Shown: piece by piece, positions 1 to 11,700 of the stretch
How the letters are laid out: every line of letters begins with the position of its first letter
Numbering within the stretch: position 1 is the first letter of the stretch
NCBI RefSeq assembly: GCF_000020025.1
Contig: NC_010628.1
Location: 3,060,001 to 3,092,000, forward strand
Direction: 5' to 3'
DNA from: Nostoc punctiforme PCC 73102
GTDB lineage: Bacteria > Cyanobacteriota > Cyanobacteriia > Cyanobacteriales > Nostocaceae
Length of the DNA stretch: 32,000 nt
Notes under the pieces: model-generated
Seen by the model: the letters and a program-made list of their open reading frames with translations, nothing else
What the model was told of the DNA's origin: nothing
The model's database searches: none
Position numbers and translations under genes: made by a program

Positions 1-2289
1 CCAGCAGCCACCTCTGTTAGCATTGGACGACCCATCAGCAATGCTCAAGTTCATATTCTGGATCAATATCTGCAACCAGTGCCTATAGGAGTTCCTGGAG
101 AAATGCACATTGGTGGGGCAGGATTAGCCAGAGGGTATTGGCAACGTCCTGAACTTACGGCTGAGAAATTTATCCAAAGTCCAAAATTTGATCGTCTCTA
201 TAAAACTGGGGATTTAGCAAGATTTTGCCCAGATGGCAACCTAGAATATCTTGGTCGAGTTGACGATCAGGTGAAAATTCGCGGCTTCCGCGTCGAATTG
301 GGAGAAATCGAAACGGTGCTGAGACAACACACACAGGTGTTTCAAGCTTTGGTCATTGCTCGTGAAGACATTCCCGGACAAAAGCGCCTTGTGGCTTATG
401 TTGTTCTGCACCATCCGCAACCAACCACCAATGAATTGCGCCAGTTCCTCAAACAGAAACTACCGAACTACATGATTCCGGCGGCGTTTGTGCTACTGGA
501 AACGCTACCGATGACACCTAACCGCAAGGTAGATTACCGCGCTCTCCCAGCCCCCGACTTTTCTCGGAGCGCAGAAGATAGCTTTGTTGCACCCCAAACC
601 CTTACAGAAGAAAGATTAGCGGCGATTTGGTCGGAAATTTTAAGACTCAAGCAAGTCAGCATCCACGATAACTTCTTTGAGCTGGGCGGCGACTCTATCC
701 TCAGCATTCAGGTAATTTCCCGCGCCAATCAAGCGGGTATCCAAATTGCCCCCAAACAATTATTTCAGTACCAAACCATTGCTGAGTTAGCTGCCGTGGC
801 AGGAATTACTCGCTCTGTCAAAGCCGAACAAGGATTAGTAACTGGCAAGGTGGCGCTAACACCCATCCAACAGTGGTTTTTCGAGCAGAAATTGCCCGAA
901 CCTGATTACTTTAACCAGTCAGCTCTGCTAGAAGTGCCGCCAGACTTGCAACCAGAGCTATTGCAGCAAGTCGTACAAAAATTGCTAGTGCATCACGATG
1001 CTTTGCGTCTGCGGTTTGTGCAGGAAGGGGAAAACTGGCTGCAAATTAACGGCGCTACCCAGGAATCTGTACCACTGAGCATCTTTGATTTATCGCACCT
1101 TTCGCTAGCAGAACAGCAAACAGCGATGAAAGCTGCGGATGCGGAACTCCAAGCTAGTTTGAATTTATCTATCAGAGCGATCGCTACGCCCGCCACAGGC
1201 ATCGCACGAGTGGTGTTGTTTCGGTTGGGCAATGATCAACCTGGTCGATTACTGTTCATCATCCATCACTTAGCAGTAGATGGAATCTCCTGGCGGATTT
1301 TGCTCGAAGATTTAGCTACAGCTTATCAGCAAATTAGCCGTGGCGAAGCTATTAAATTACCACCTAAAACTACTTCCTTTCAATATTGGAGCGATCGCCT
1401 GACAGAATACGCCCAAAAAGATGCTGTCAGAGAGTTGGATTACTGGCTAAGTCAATCTAATATTCAAGTTACAGCTTTGCCACTAGACTATCCTTCATTT
1501 AAAGAAAATAATATCGTAGCCTCAACCGCTTCTGTGTCCCTTTCTTTAACTGAAGAACAAACCCGCGCCCTCTTGCAGGATGTACCCTCTGCCTACAACA
1601 CTCAAATTAATGATGTGCTGTTGACTGCCCTAGTGCAAAGCTTTGCCCAATGGACGGGAGAACGTTCTCTGCTAGTCGATCTAGAGGGACATGGACGGGA
1701 AGACTTGTTTGAAGATGTGGATTTGTCGCGGACTGTAGGCTGGTTTACCACCTTATTCCCCGTTCATTTAAAGCTAGAAGAAGTTGACCATCCAGGAGAG
1801 GTTTTAAAGTCAGTTAAAGAACAACTGCGGCGCATCCCCAACCGGGGTATAAGCTATGGTGTGTTGCGATATTTGCAGCAGGATGAAACAATACGCACGA
1901 AACTACAAGCGCTACCCCAAGCACAGGCAAGTTTTAACTATCTTGGTCAATTCGATCGGGTGCTTAAGGCATCTGCTGTATTGGGTTTGGCTCAAGAATT
2001 CAAAGCTGAACAGAGTTTACTGAATCAGCGCAGCCACCTGTTAGGAATAAGCGGATTCATTCGTGCAGGAAGGCTGGAGATGACCTGGGCTTATAGCGAG
2101 AAAATTCATAAACGAGACACCATTGAGGGTTTGGCCTTTGGATTTATGGAGGCATTGCGATCGCTCATTGCTCACTGTCAATCTCCTGATGCGATCGGTC
2201 ATACACCTTCAGACTTCTCAGCAGCCAGACTCAGCCAAAAACAGCTTGACAAATTCCTAAGCAAAATCAACAAAGACAAAAGGAAGTAG
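1..2289 (+). CDS. aptA: NRPS subunit, 3' part only (..A-T-E); AptA-like anabaenopeptin synthetase, module 2 with epimerase
   Basis: Frame 1 is open from nt 1 (PAATSVSIGRPISNAQVHILD precedes the track Met at 79), so the CDS is truncated by the window edge. A-domain cores YKTGDL, GRVDDQVKIRGFRVELGEIE and PNRKVDY are present. The T core is FFELGGDSILSIQV, the GGDSI type that precedes E domains. The E-domain motif is IIHHLAVDGISWRIL. The symbol rests on cluster architecture only. Confidence 0.9.
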   Translation, partial: PAATSVSIGRPISNAQVHILDQYLQPVPIGVPGEMHIGGAGLARGYWQRPELTAEKFIQSPKFDRLYKTGDLARFCPDGNLEYLGRVDDQVKIRGFRVELGEIETVLRQHTQVFQALVIAREDIPGQKRLVAYVVLHHPQPTTNELRQFLKQKLPNYMIPAAFVLLETLPMTPNRKVDYRALPAPDFSRSAEDSFVAPQTLTEERLAAIWSEILRLKQVSIHDNFFELGGDSILSIQVISRANQAGIQIAPKQLFQYQTIAELAAVAGITRSVKAEQGLVTGKVALTPIQQWFFEQKLPEPDYFNQSALLEVPPDLQPELLQQVVQKLLVHHDALRLRFVQEGENWLQINGATQESVPLSIFDLSHLSLAEQQTAMKAADAELQASLNLSIRAIATPATGIARVVLFRLGNDQPGRLLFIIHHLAVDGISWRILLEDLATAYQQISRGEAIKLPPKTTSFQYWSDRLTEYAQKDAVRELDYWLSQSNIQVTALPLDYPSFKENNIVASTASVSLSLTEEQTRALLQDVPSAYNTQINDVLLTALVQSFAQWTGERSLLVDLEGHGREDLFEDVDLSRTVGWFTTLFPVHLKLEEVDHPGEVLKSVKEQLRRIPNRGISYGVLRYLQQDETIRTKLQALPQAQASFNYLGQFDRVLKASAVLGLAQEFKAEQSLLNQRSHLLGISGFIRAGRLEMTWAYSEKIHKRDTIEGLAFGFMEALRSLIAHCQSPDAIGHTPSDFSAARLSQKQLDKFLSKINKDKRK
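832..2223 (+). other. Epimerization (E) domain of AptA-like subunit (approximate bounds)
   Basis: HHLAVDGISW (His-His codons at 1264-1269) lies downstream of a GGDSI-type carrier domain. The next subunit starts with the LYELSPMQQGMLFH motif typical of C domains that accept D-configured donors. Confidence 0.8.
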
Positions 2290-2372
2290 TCATTGGTCAT
2301 TAGTCATTAGTCATTAGTTCCTCAATCCCCAATCCCTAGTCCCCAGTCCACAGTTCCCAGTCCCCAGTCCCC
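2289..2372. repeat. STRR-type heptamer tandem array (12 units in perfect 7-nt register)
   Basis: The units read gtcattg gtcatta gtcatta gtcatta gttcctc aatcccc aatccct agtcccc agtccac agttccc agtcccc agtcccc. The array starts at the last base of the aptA stop codon (TAG 2287-2289). AGTCCCC is a permutation of the CCCCAGT STRR unit of heterocystous cyanobacteria. Confidence 0.9.
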
Positions 2373-2392
2373 AATAATCCAGAGGTAGTTTT

Positions 2393-5300
2393 ATGAACAA
2401 TATCGAAGACCTTTATGAACTTTCACCCATGCAGCAGGGGATGTTGTTTCATACCCTTTATGCACCAGAATCAGAAGTTTATTTTGAGCAGTTGCTTTGC
2501 ATCCTCTCTGGGAAATTGAATTTTACTGCTTTCCAGAAAGCTTGGGAACAGGTTGTTGCACGACACCCAATTTTACGCAGTTCCTTCTATTGGGAAGAGA
2601 TCGAAAAGCCCTTGCAAATGGTGAGTAAGCAAGTTGATCTGCCGTGGGAAGAACTGGACTGGCGGAATTTCACGCCCGATGAACAACAACAGCATCTAGA
2701 GGATTTTTTGAAATGCGATCGCCAAAAAGGATTTGAACTGGATGTTGCTCCCCTGATGCGCTTCACCATCATCCGGCTAGGGGAGGAAACCTACCAATTT
2801 ATTTGGAGCCATCATCATATCCTCTTTGATGGCTGGTCGATGCAGATTATTCTCAAAGAAGTTTTAGCTTTCTATGAAGCACATCAGCGAGGCGAACATT
2901 TACGCCTCCAACACGTTCGCCCCTATCGAGAGTATATTCAGTGGTTACAGCAACAGGATAGCGATCAAGCAAAGAAATTTTGGCAAGAAACTCTCCAGGG
3001 ATTTGAAGTTCCTACTTCATTGAGAGGGAACAGCGAACAGCGAACAGCGAACAGGGGACTGGAAATATATAATGAGCAAAGTTTTCAATTATCCCAAACG
3101 GTAATTGAAAAATTGCAACATGCGGCGCGACAGCACCATTTAACTTTGAATAATTTGGTGCAGGGAGCATGGGCGTTACTAATTTCCCGTTACAGTGGGG
3201 AAACCGATGTAGTTTTTGGTGCGACTGTATCCGGCCGTCCACCGACGCTTGAGCAAGTAGACTCAATGGTGGGACTATTTATCAACACTCTCCCCATACG
3301 TACACAAGTCAGTGGAAAAACACAATTATTACCCTGGCTCAAGCAATTACAAACCCAAGCATTAGAACAAGAACAGTATGCTTATTGCTCGCTAGCAGAA
3401 ATTCAACAACTGAGTGATATTCCGACCGGATTGCCACTGTTTGAAAGTATTTTAGTATTTGAAAACTATCCGCTAAATTCTGCTGAACAAGAAACCAAAA
3501 AAACTTTAGAAATTAGTCATATTAGTTGTTTTGAACGAACGAATTATCCTCTAACGTTAGTTATTAATCCTGCTTCACAATTATCTGGCAGGATTGTTTA
3601 TGATACTAGCTGCTTCGAGGAACAGACGATTGCCCGCATGATTGGACATTTCCAAACATTGCTAGCAGGAATGGCAGATAATTTACAACAATATATTTCC
3701 CAATTATCTTTACTCAGTGCAGATGAAGAAGAACAGTTAATTCTGCTAGAAAACCACCAACCAACAGACTCTATTAATTACAAATGTATTCATATTTTAT
3801 TTGAAGAACAGGTAGAAAAAAATCCCGATGCCATAGCAGTTGTTTATGAAAAGAAACATTTAACTTATCGGGAATTAAATAACCGCGCCAATCAATTAGC
3901 CCATTATTTGAAATCGCTGGGAGTTAAACCCGAAGTTAGGGTGGGAATTTGTGTAGAGCGTTCGCTAGAAATGGTAATAGGAATACTCGCTATTCTCAAA
4001 GCGGGTGGGGCTTATGTTCCACTAGATCCAGCTTATCCTTCAGAAAGACTAGCATTGATGCTGGAAGATGTACAAACACCCATCTTGCTAACACAAACTG
4101 ATTTACAAAATAGGCTCCCACTCAATAATCAAACTGTAGTGAATCTTGACTCAGATTGGGAAATAATTGCTAAACACAAAAAAGACAATTTACATAGTGA
4201 AGTTAATCCAGAAAATTTAGCTTATATCATTTATACCTCTGGCTCGACGGGAACACCAAAGGGAACAGAAGTTGTTCATCGTAGCATTATTGGTTTTATG
4301 TTTGGGGTTGATTATATTCACCTTGATGCAGAACAGATTTGGCTACAACATTCATCTATTTCTTGGGATGCACTAACCCTAGAACTTTGGCCACCCTTGC
4401 TTTACGGTGGGCGTTGTGTGCTTTATCCAGAAAAAATTCCCACACCTGAAGGCTTAAGCCGAATTATTCAAGAACAAAGAGTTAACACCTTATTTCTGAC
4501 TACAGCATTATTCAATCTCATGATTGACACGATGCCACAAGGGTTGTCAGAAATTAAACAACTAATGTTTGGGGGAGAATCTGTCTCTGTACCTCATGTT
4601 CGTCGCGCTTTAAAACTATTGCCGGAAACCAAAATTATTCATGTTTACGGCCCTTCGGAATGTACAGTTTTTACTTCTTCTTATCCAATTCCCCAACAAA
4701 TTGCTCAAAATGCCCATTCAATTTCTATTGGAAAACCTATTGGTGATAGGACAGTTTACTTATTAGATGAAGATTTACACCGAGTTCCAATTGGTGTTGT
4801 TGGGGAACTCTATGTGGGTGGAGCGAGTGTTGCTAGAGGTTACTTAAATCAACCAAAATTAACCCGTGAAAAATTTATTTCTAATCCTTTTATTGAAGGA
4901 GATACCCTTTACAAAACTGGAGATTTAGTTCGCTGTCTACCTGATGGAAATCTGGAATTTCTGGGTCGAATTGATGCACAGGTAAAAATTCGTGGTTTTC
5001 GCATTGAATTAGCAGAAATTGAAGCGATTTTAACCAAACATCCTGGCATCAAGCAAGTTGTAGTTATTGCGCGGGAAGATGAACCAGGGAAGAAATTCTT
5101 AGTAGCCTATCTAGTTGCAAAGGATAATTCACCAATTCCTAGCAACTTACGAAACTTCCTCAATAAAAAGTTACCAGATTACATGATTCCTGCTGCTTTC
5201 GTCTTTATGGAAGCATTTCCCCTAACTCCTAACGGTAAAATCAATCGCCGTGCTTTGCCTGCTACTGATACCGATCAAAGAAATATAGAGGTTGATTTTG

Positions 5301-5623
5301 TTTTTCCTTGCACACCAATTGAACAAGAATTAGCCACTATTTGGACTGAAGTTCTGAAATTAAAACAGGTAGGAATTCACGATAACTTTTTTGAGTTAGG
5401 AGGACATTCTTTACTGGCTACTCAAGTGATTTCTCGCTTAAAAGAGGTGTTTTCTCTAGATTTTCCTCTACGTTATTTGTTTGAAAACTCAACTATTGCT
5501 GAACTCGCCCAAAAAGTGAGCGATCAACAAATTGAGCAAGCAGAAAATGATGTTTTAGCAAGGATTTTAAAGGAAGTCGATCAGTTATCAGACCAAGAAG
5601 TGACTCAAGAGTTGCTTTTGTAA
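2393..5623 (+). CDS. aptB: NRPS subunit C-A-T; AptB-like, module 3
   Basis: C domain: N-terminus LYELSPMQQGMLFH and SHHHILFDGWS. A domain: LAYIIYTSGSTGTPKG, HVYGPSE, YKTGDL, GRIDAQVKIRGFRIELAEIE, PNGKINR. T domain: FFELGGHSLLATQV. An SD-like AGAGG lies upstream of the ATG. Confidence 0.93.
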   Translation: MNNIEDLYELSPMQQGMLFHTLYAPESEVYFEQLLCILSGKLNFTAFQKAWEQVVARHPILRSSFYWEEIEKPLQMVSKQVDLPWEELDWRNFTPDEQQQHLEDFLKCDRQKGFELDVAPLMRFTIIRLGEETYQFIWSHHHILFDGWSMQIILKEVLAFYEAHQRGEHLRLQHVRPYREYIQWLQQQDSDQAKKFWQETLQGFEVPTSLRGNSEQRTANRGLEIYNEQSFQLSQTVIEKLQHAARQHHLTLNNLVQGAWALLISRYSGETDVVFGATVSGRPPTLEQVDSMVGLFINTLPIRTQVSGKTQLLPWLKQLQTQALEQEQYAYCSLAEIQQLSDIPTGLPLFESILVFENYPLNSAEQETKKTLEISHISCFERTNYPLTLVINPASQLSGRIVYDTSCFEEQTIARMIGHFQTLLAGMADNLQQYISQLSLLSADEEEQLILLENHQPTDSINYKCIHILFEEQVEKNPDAIAVVYEKKHLTYRELNNRANQLAHYLKSLGVKPEVRVGICVERSLEMVIGILAILKAGGAYVPLDPAYPSERLALMLEDVQTPILLTQTDLQNRLPLNNQTVVNLDSDWEIIAKHKKDNLHSEVNPENLAYIIYTSGSTGTPKGTEVVHRSIIGFMFGVDYIHLDAEQIWLQHSSISWDALTLELWPPLLYGGRCVLYPEKIPTPEGLSRIIQEQRVNTLFLTTALFNLMIDTMPQGLSEIKQLMFGGESVSVPHVRRALKLLPETKIIHVYGPSECTVFTSSYPIPQQIAQNAHSISIGKPIGDRTVYLLDEDLHRVPIGVVGELYVGGASVARGYLNQPKLTREKFISNPFIEGDTLYKTGDLVRCLPDGNLEFLGRIDAQVKIRGFRIELAEIEAILTKHPGIKQVVVIAREDEPGKKFLVAYLVAKDNSPIPSNLRNFLNKKLPDYMIPAAFVFMEAFPLTPNGKINRRALPATDTDQRNIEVDFVFPCTPIEQELATIWTEVLKLKQVGIHDNFFELGGHSLLATQVISRLKEVFSLDFPLRYLFENSTIAELAQKVSDQQIEQAENDVLARILKEVDQLSDQEVTQELLL
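3028..3054. repeat. Heptamer tandem repeat GAACAGC x ~3.9 inside the aptB coding sequence
   Basis: The sequence is gaacagc gaacagc gaacagc gaacagg. It is read in frame as GNSEQRTANRG within a variable loop of the C domain. Confidence 0.9.
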
Positions 5624-5707
5624 GTATTAATTCAACTACTCGATATTTTTGTTATCTCTCTGCATCTCTGTGGTTCGAGAAAAAATTAATTTTAAACAAT
5701 AAATATT

Positions 5708-8700
5708 ATGAGCGATTTACTAAAACGTCTTGAAACTCTTTCACCAGAAAAACGAGAATTAGTCCTACAAAAACTCAAAAAGCAACAGCAATCTCCGCAA
5801 AATAATCACAGGCTAACTCCACTTCTCACACCCGTATCACGAGAACAACTCCTTCCTCTCTCTTTTGCTCAACAAAGACTATGGTTTATTGACCAACTAG
5901 AAGGCGAAAATTGTGTCTACAATGTGCCGTTTTTCTGGCAAATTAGCGGATTGCTAAATATAAGTGCGTTAGAAAAAGCGATCGCAGAAATTGTCCAACG
6001 TCATGAGGTCTTACGTACTAGTTTCTCTATTGTCGATGAGTCGCCGATACAGGTGATTCACCCTCATCCGCAACTGACAATGCAAGTGCTGGACTGGCGA
6101 CAATTGACACAAGCAGACCAGTTAAGCAAAGCGCAGCAGTTAGCAGCAGAAGAATTACAAAAGCCCTTTGACTTATCAAATCCTCCTTTGCTGCGGGTAA
6201 AGTTGTTGCAATTGGCCGATCAAACTCATCTGCTGTTGCTGGTTATCCATCATATTGTTTGTGATGGCTGGTCAATGGACATCTTTCGCCGTGAATTGTT
6301 CAGCCTTTATACTGCTTTCTGCGCTGGAGAAGTATCTCCTTTACCCGAATTATCTCTACAATATGCCGATTTCGCCCACTGGCAAAGACAATGGTTACAG
6401 GGAGAGGTACTGCAAACCCAACTTAATTACTGGCAAAAACAATTAGCCGCAGTCCCACCTCTATTAGAATTACCCACAGATAAACCACGCCCATCAGTGC
6501 AAAGCTTCAAGGGGCGGAGTGAGTTTTTAGAACTCAATCAAGATTTAACGCAAAAGTTGAAGCGTTTAAGTCAGGAATCAGGAACTACCCTGTTTATGAC
6601 AATGCTTGCAGCATTTACGCTGTTACTGTCGCGCTACAGTGGTCAGCAGGATATTGTAGTTGGTTCTGCGATCGCTAATCGTAATCGTCGAGAGACAGAA
6701 CCATTAATTGGCTTTTTTGTCAATACCCTAGCATTACGTACCAATCTGCAAGGGAATCCAAGTTTCTTAGAATTACTTGAACGAGTCAAGCAAGTAACTC
6801 TAGATGCTTATGACCATCAAGATTTACCCTTTGAGAAACTAGTTGATGAATTGGGATTAGAGCGATCGCTTTCTCATCATCCCCTATTTCAAGTGGCGTT
6901 TGGCTTGCAAAGTGGAACTCCAGAGAAACTAGAAATTCCTGGATCAACTCTGACCCGTTTTAAGTGGGAAAACACAACGACGCTGTTTGATTTGTCGCTG
7001 ATTTTCCGCGAAACTCCTCAAGGTTTGACAGGAGAATGGGAATATGCGACCGATTTGTTTGAGGCTAAAACAATCCAACGGATGGTGGGACATTTTGAAG
7101 TTCTACTTAAGGGAATTGTTGATAATCCTCAACAAAGCATTAATAATTTGCCATTAATCGCAGAAAGCGAACGTCAGCAACTCCAAAACTGGAATCAAAC
7201 TAAAACCGATTATCCTCTTAATCAAACTTTGGTTGACTTGTTTGAAGCTCAAGCTGCCAAAAACCCTCATAATCTCGCTTTAGTATTTGAATCCCAAAGC
7301 CTAACTTACCAACAACTGAATCAAAAAGCGAACCAACTAGCTCATTATTTAATTCAAAACCACCAAATTAAGCCAGACACTTTAATTTGTATCTGCGTTG
7401 AACGTTCTTTAGAAATGATTATTGGTGTACTCGGTATCCTCAAAACAGGTGGGGCTTATGTGCCGATTGACCCCAATTATCCCAAAGAACGAATTGAGTT
7501 CATGTTAGAAGATTCTGGGATATCGGTGTTGCTGACTCAAAGTCACCTTAAAGAACAATTACCTCTAGCTAAACTCAAACACGGGGTCATCTGTTTAGAT
7601 AATGAAACTTTTACCCAAGAATTAATAGATAATCTCAATCCTCAAAGTACTCCTGATAATTTAGCTTATATAATTTATACCTCTGGTTCAACGGGACAAC
7701 CCAAAGGGGTGATGATTGAGCATCGCGCAATTGTCAATTTAAGTTTAGCCTGGGCTGAAACTTTTCAAGTTCAACACGATAGCCGTTGGCTTCAGTTTGG
7801 TTCTTTTAGTTTCGATTTGTCTATTGGTGAAATTGCCACTTCTTTATCCGCAGGTGCTTGTTTGTATTTAGCCAAGAAAGAAACTTTGTTACCTAGTCAA
7901 ACTTTAGTTGACTTATTGCGCGATCGCAAAATTTCCCATTTCACCTTATCTCCTTCTGCCTTATCTGTATTACCTCAAGCCTCATTACCTAATTTGCAAG
8001 CCGTAATTGTTGGTGGTGAAGCTTGTGCAGCCGAGTTGGTTACACAATGGGGCACAAAACGACGTTTCTTTAACTGCTATGGACCGACGGAATCAACGGT
8101 TATCGCCAGTATCTCTAGTTGTGAACCGAATGGCAAAAAACCCTCTATCGGTCAACCATTATCTAATATCCGCATCTATATATTAGATGCTCACAATCAA
8201 CCATTACCCCCTAACATCCCTGGGGAATTGTGCATCGCTGGAGTTGGTTTAGCACGAGGCTATCTCAACCGTCCCGATTTAACTGCCGAAAAATTTATTG
8301 AAGTTGAATTATTTGGCAAAACTGAGCAAATTTACAAAACTGGCGATTTGGCAAGATGGACAGATGATGGCAACCTTGAATATTTAGGTCGCATTGATGC
8401 TCAAGTTAAATTACGGGGCTTTCGGGTTGAATTGGGTGAAATTGAATCACTATTATTGCAACACTCTTTAGTTAAAGAAGCAGTTGTAATTTTATATGAA
8501 GCTGATAATAATCCCAGGCTAGTAGCTTATGTCACGGCAAAGGAAAAATCCAGCAATTTAAGCAGTCAACTCAAAGACTCTCTAAAAATTTGCCTACCGA
8601 ATTATATGATTCCTAGCCAAATTATGGTATTGGAACAGTTACCTCTTACCCTAAACGGTAAGCTAGATCGGAGAGCATTACCAGCACCAGATACAGCTAT

Positions 8701-11700
8701 TTCGACTAACTTTGAAGCCTTCGTTACCCCAACAGAAGAATTGCTGGCTACCTTATGGCAAACTCTCTTAAAAGCTAAGTCTGTTGGTCGTCAAGATAAC
8801 TTCTTTGAATTGGGTGGACATTCCCTATTAGCAACCCAATTGGTTGCCCGTATTCGTGATACTTTTGGTGTAGAAGTATCTGTCCGCAAGGTATTTGAGC
8901 AAAGCATTTTATCTGAGTTGGCAACAGAAATTGACAAAGCCTCTTCAGTAATTGCTTTACCACCCATCACACCACAACCTGAAAATGCTCCTAAAAATCT
9001 CTCCTTTGCTCAATCAAGACTCTGGTTTTTAGACCAACTTGAAGGCACTGGAACCTCAGCTACCTACAATATGTCAACGGCTCTGCAACTTGAAGGCAAG
9101 TTGAATATTGAGGCATTGCGTGCAAGTTTTGATTATCTTATCGATCGCCATACAATTCTCCGCACCTATTTTCCAGCTTTGGAGGGAGAGGCGCAAGTAG
9201 TTGTCCAAAATCCAGAGGATATAGAAGTACTGGCGATTGTAAATCTGCAATCGCTCAATCCGCAAACTCAAGCAGAAACCGTACAACGGTTAGCTGATAG
9301 CCACGCCCAAGAACCCTTTGACTTAAATACTGGCCCACTGTTTAAAGCGAAACTGCTGCAACTTAGCGAACAGAAAAATGTCCTGCTCATCAATATGCAC
9401 CACATTATTACTGATGGCTGGTCAATGGGGGTGTTTAAGCGCGAATGGGAACAGGTTTATGCTGCTTTTGCTGCGGGGTATACTCCAAATTTGTCACCGT
9501 TGCCGATTCAGTATAGCGATTATGCAGCTTGGCAACGCAATTGGTTACAAGGGGAAATTTTAGAAAGCCAGGAAAATTACTGGAAACAACAACTAGGCGA
9601 TGCTCCCCGATTACTTGATTTGCCTACCGATTATCCTCGTCCAGCGCAACAAAGTTACCAAGGTGGGCGTGAGGAATATAGTTTGAGTCATGAAGTGACT
9701 CAGAAACTTAAAGCTATTAGTCAACAACAGGGAGTTACTTTGTTTATGACTCTGTTGACGGCTTTTAGTATTTTACTATCTCGTTACAGCCGTCAAGAGG
9801 ATTTATGCGTTGGTAGTGCGATCGCTAACCGTACCCATAACAACACAGAAGGATTAATCGGCTTTTTTGTCAATACCTTGGTATTGCGGAGCAAAGTCAG
9901 GCCAGAGCAAAGTTTTAGTGAGTTACTCCAACAAACCCGCCAAACTTGCTTAGATGCCTACGCTCATCAAGATATTCCCTTTGAGTATTTAGTAGAACAA
10001 CTGCAACCAGAACGCAGTCTGAGCCATAATCCCTTATTCCAAGTGATGATGGTGTTGCAAAATACTCAAGAAGCGGGGAAAAATGTTAGTTTACCAGGGC
10101 TTGATATTCAATATTTAGAGCAAAGTTTACCATTTGCCAAATTTGACCTAACACTAGATTTTTCCGAAAGGGGCGATCGACTGCATTGTATGTGGGAATA
10201 TGCCACAGATTTATTTGAGGCAGAAACAATTAGGCGCATGGCGGGACACTTTGAAGTCTTGCTGGAAGCAATTATCCAAAATTCCATACAGCCGATTCAT
10301 CAGCTACCCTTAATCACAACAGCAGAAATTCAACAACTGCAAGTTTGGAATCAAACCGATATTAATTATCCCAAAAATCAGACTTTGGTAAATCTGTTTG
10401 AACAACAGGTAGCAAAAACGCCCGATAACATTGCGGTGGTATTTGAAGATCAAAGCCTGAGTTATCAAGAACTCAACCAAAAAGCCAATCAGCTAGCGCA
10501 TTATTTGTTGGGACTCAAAAAAGAGCAACAATTACCTGATAATCCCTTGATTGCGATTTGCGTGGAGCGATCGCTCTTAACGATCATTGGCTTGTTTGCT
10601 ATTCTCAAAGCGGGTGGCGCTTATGTGCCGATCGATCCGAGTTATCCCCGCGATCGCATTCATTTAATGCTCGAAGATAGTAATGCTTCTGTATTACTAA
10701 CAACAGACCCCATCAAAAAGCAACTTCCCCTAGAAAAACTAAAAAACCCCTGTCAAGTAGTATTTCTAGAGAAAGAAACATGGGACAATCAGCCAACAAA
10801 TAATATCAACTTACAAAGTAGCCTTGATGATTTAGCTTATGTAATTTATACTTCTGGTTCTACAGGAAAGCCAAAAGGTGTAGCAATTTGTCATTCTTCA
10901 CTGACTAATTTTTTATATTCGATGAGGGAAAAGCCTGGAATAGCTGCGTCCGATACTCTTCTGGCTATCACCACTATATCCTTTGATATTGCTGCACTGG
11001 AAATTTATTTGCCTCTTATAGTAGGAGCCAAAATTGTTCTAGTCAGTCGGGAAATTGCTTCTGACAGTTTACAGTTATCAAAACAATTGCTTAATGGTAT
11101 CACTTTCATGCAAGCGACTCCAGCGACTTGGCGCATATTATTAGCCGCCGGATGGAAAGGTTCAACACAACTAAAAATCCTCTGCGGCGGTGAGGCTTTA
11201 ACCTGGGAACTTGCTAATCAACTACTAGAAAGAAGTGCTGAACTCTGGAATGTTTATGGCCCAACAGAAACCACAATTTGGTCAGATATCTATCAGATAA
11301 ATACTTTTGAGAGAGGAAATTATTCTCAAGGTGCTGTAGTATCCATCGGGAAGCCCATTGCCAATACCCGCATCTATATTTTAGATAGCTATGACCAACC
11401 CCTTCCTCCTGGTATTCCTGGGGAACTCTGCATTGCAGGTGCGGGTTTAGCACAGGGCTATTTGAATCGTCCCGATCTGAGTGCTGAAAAATTCATTGAC
11501 ATCAAACTGTTCAATCAAACTGAGCGGATTTATAAAACTGGTGATTTAGCTCGTTGGCTACCCGACGGGAATTTGCAATATTTAGGTCGCAGCGATCGCC
11601 AGGTCAAACTTCGTGGTTTCCGCATTGAATTAGGTGAGATTGAAGCGTCTTTACTCAAACACTCAAAAATTCAGGAAGCAGTTGTCATTATCCGAGAGGA

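Noticed and set aside
517-540. Deviant A10 core in the AptA-like A domain (PNRKVDY instead of PNGK[VIL]DR)
   Set aside because: The catalytic Lys is retained. The flanking G->R and R->Y changes are probably tolerated variation, and I cannot judge their significance without orthologues.
4300-4700. Attempted Stachelhaus code for the AptB A domain (roughly D-A-L-F/L-M-G-V-V-F-K, aliphatic Val/Ile-like)
   Set aside because: The alignment around position 278 (VNTLFLTTALF) is ambiguous by eye, so I do not report a substrate call. A predictor should be run.
5655-5675. ggttcgag resembling a tRNA T-loop in the aptB/aptC spacer
   Set aside because: There are no flanking acceptor or T-stem complements, so the match is by chance.
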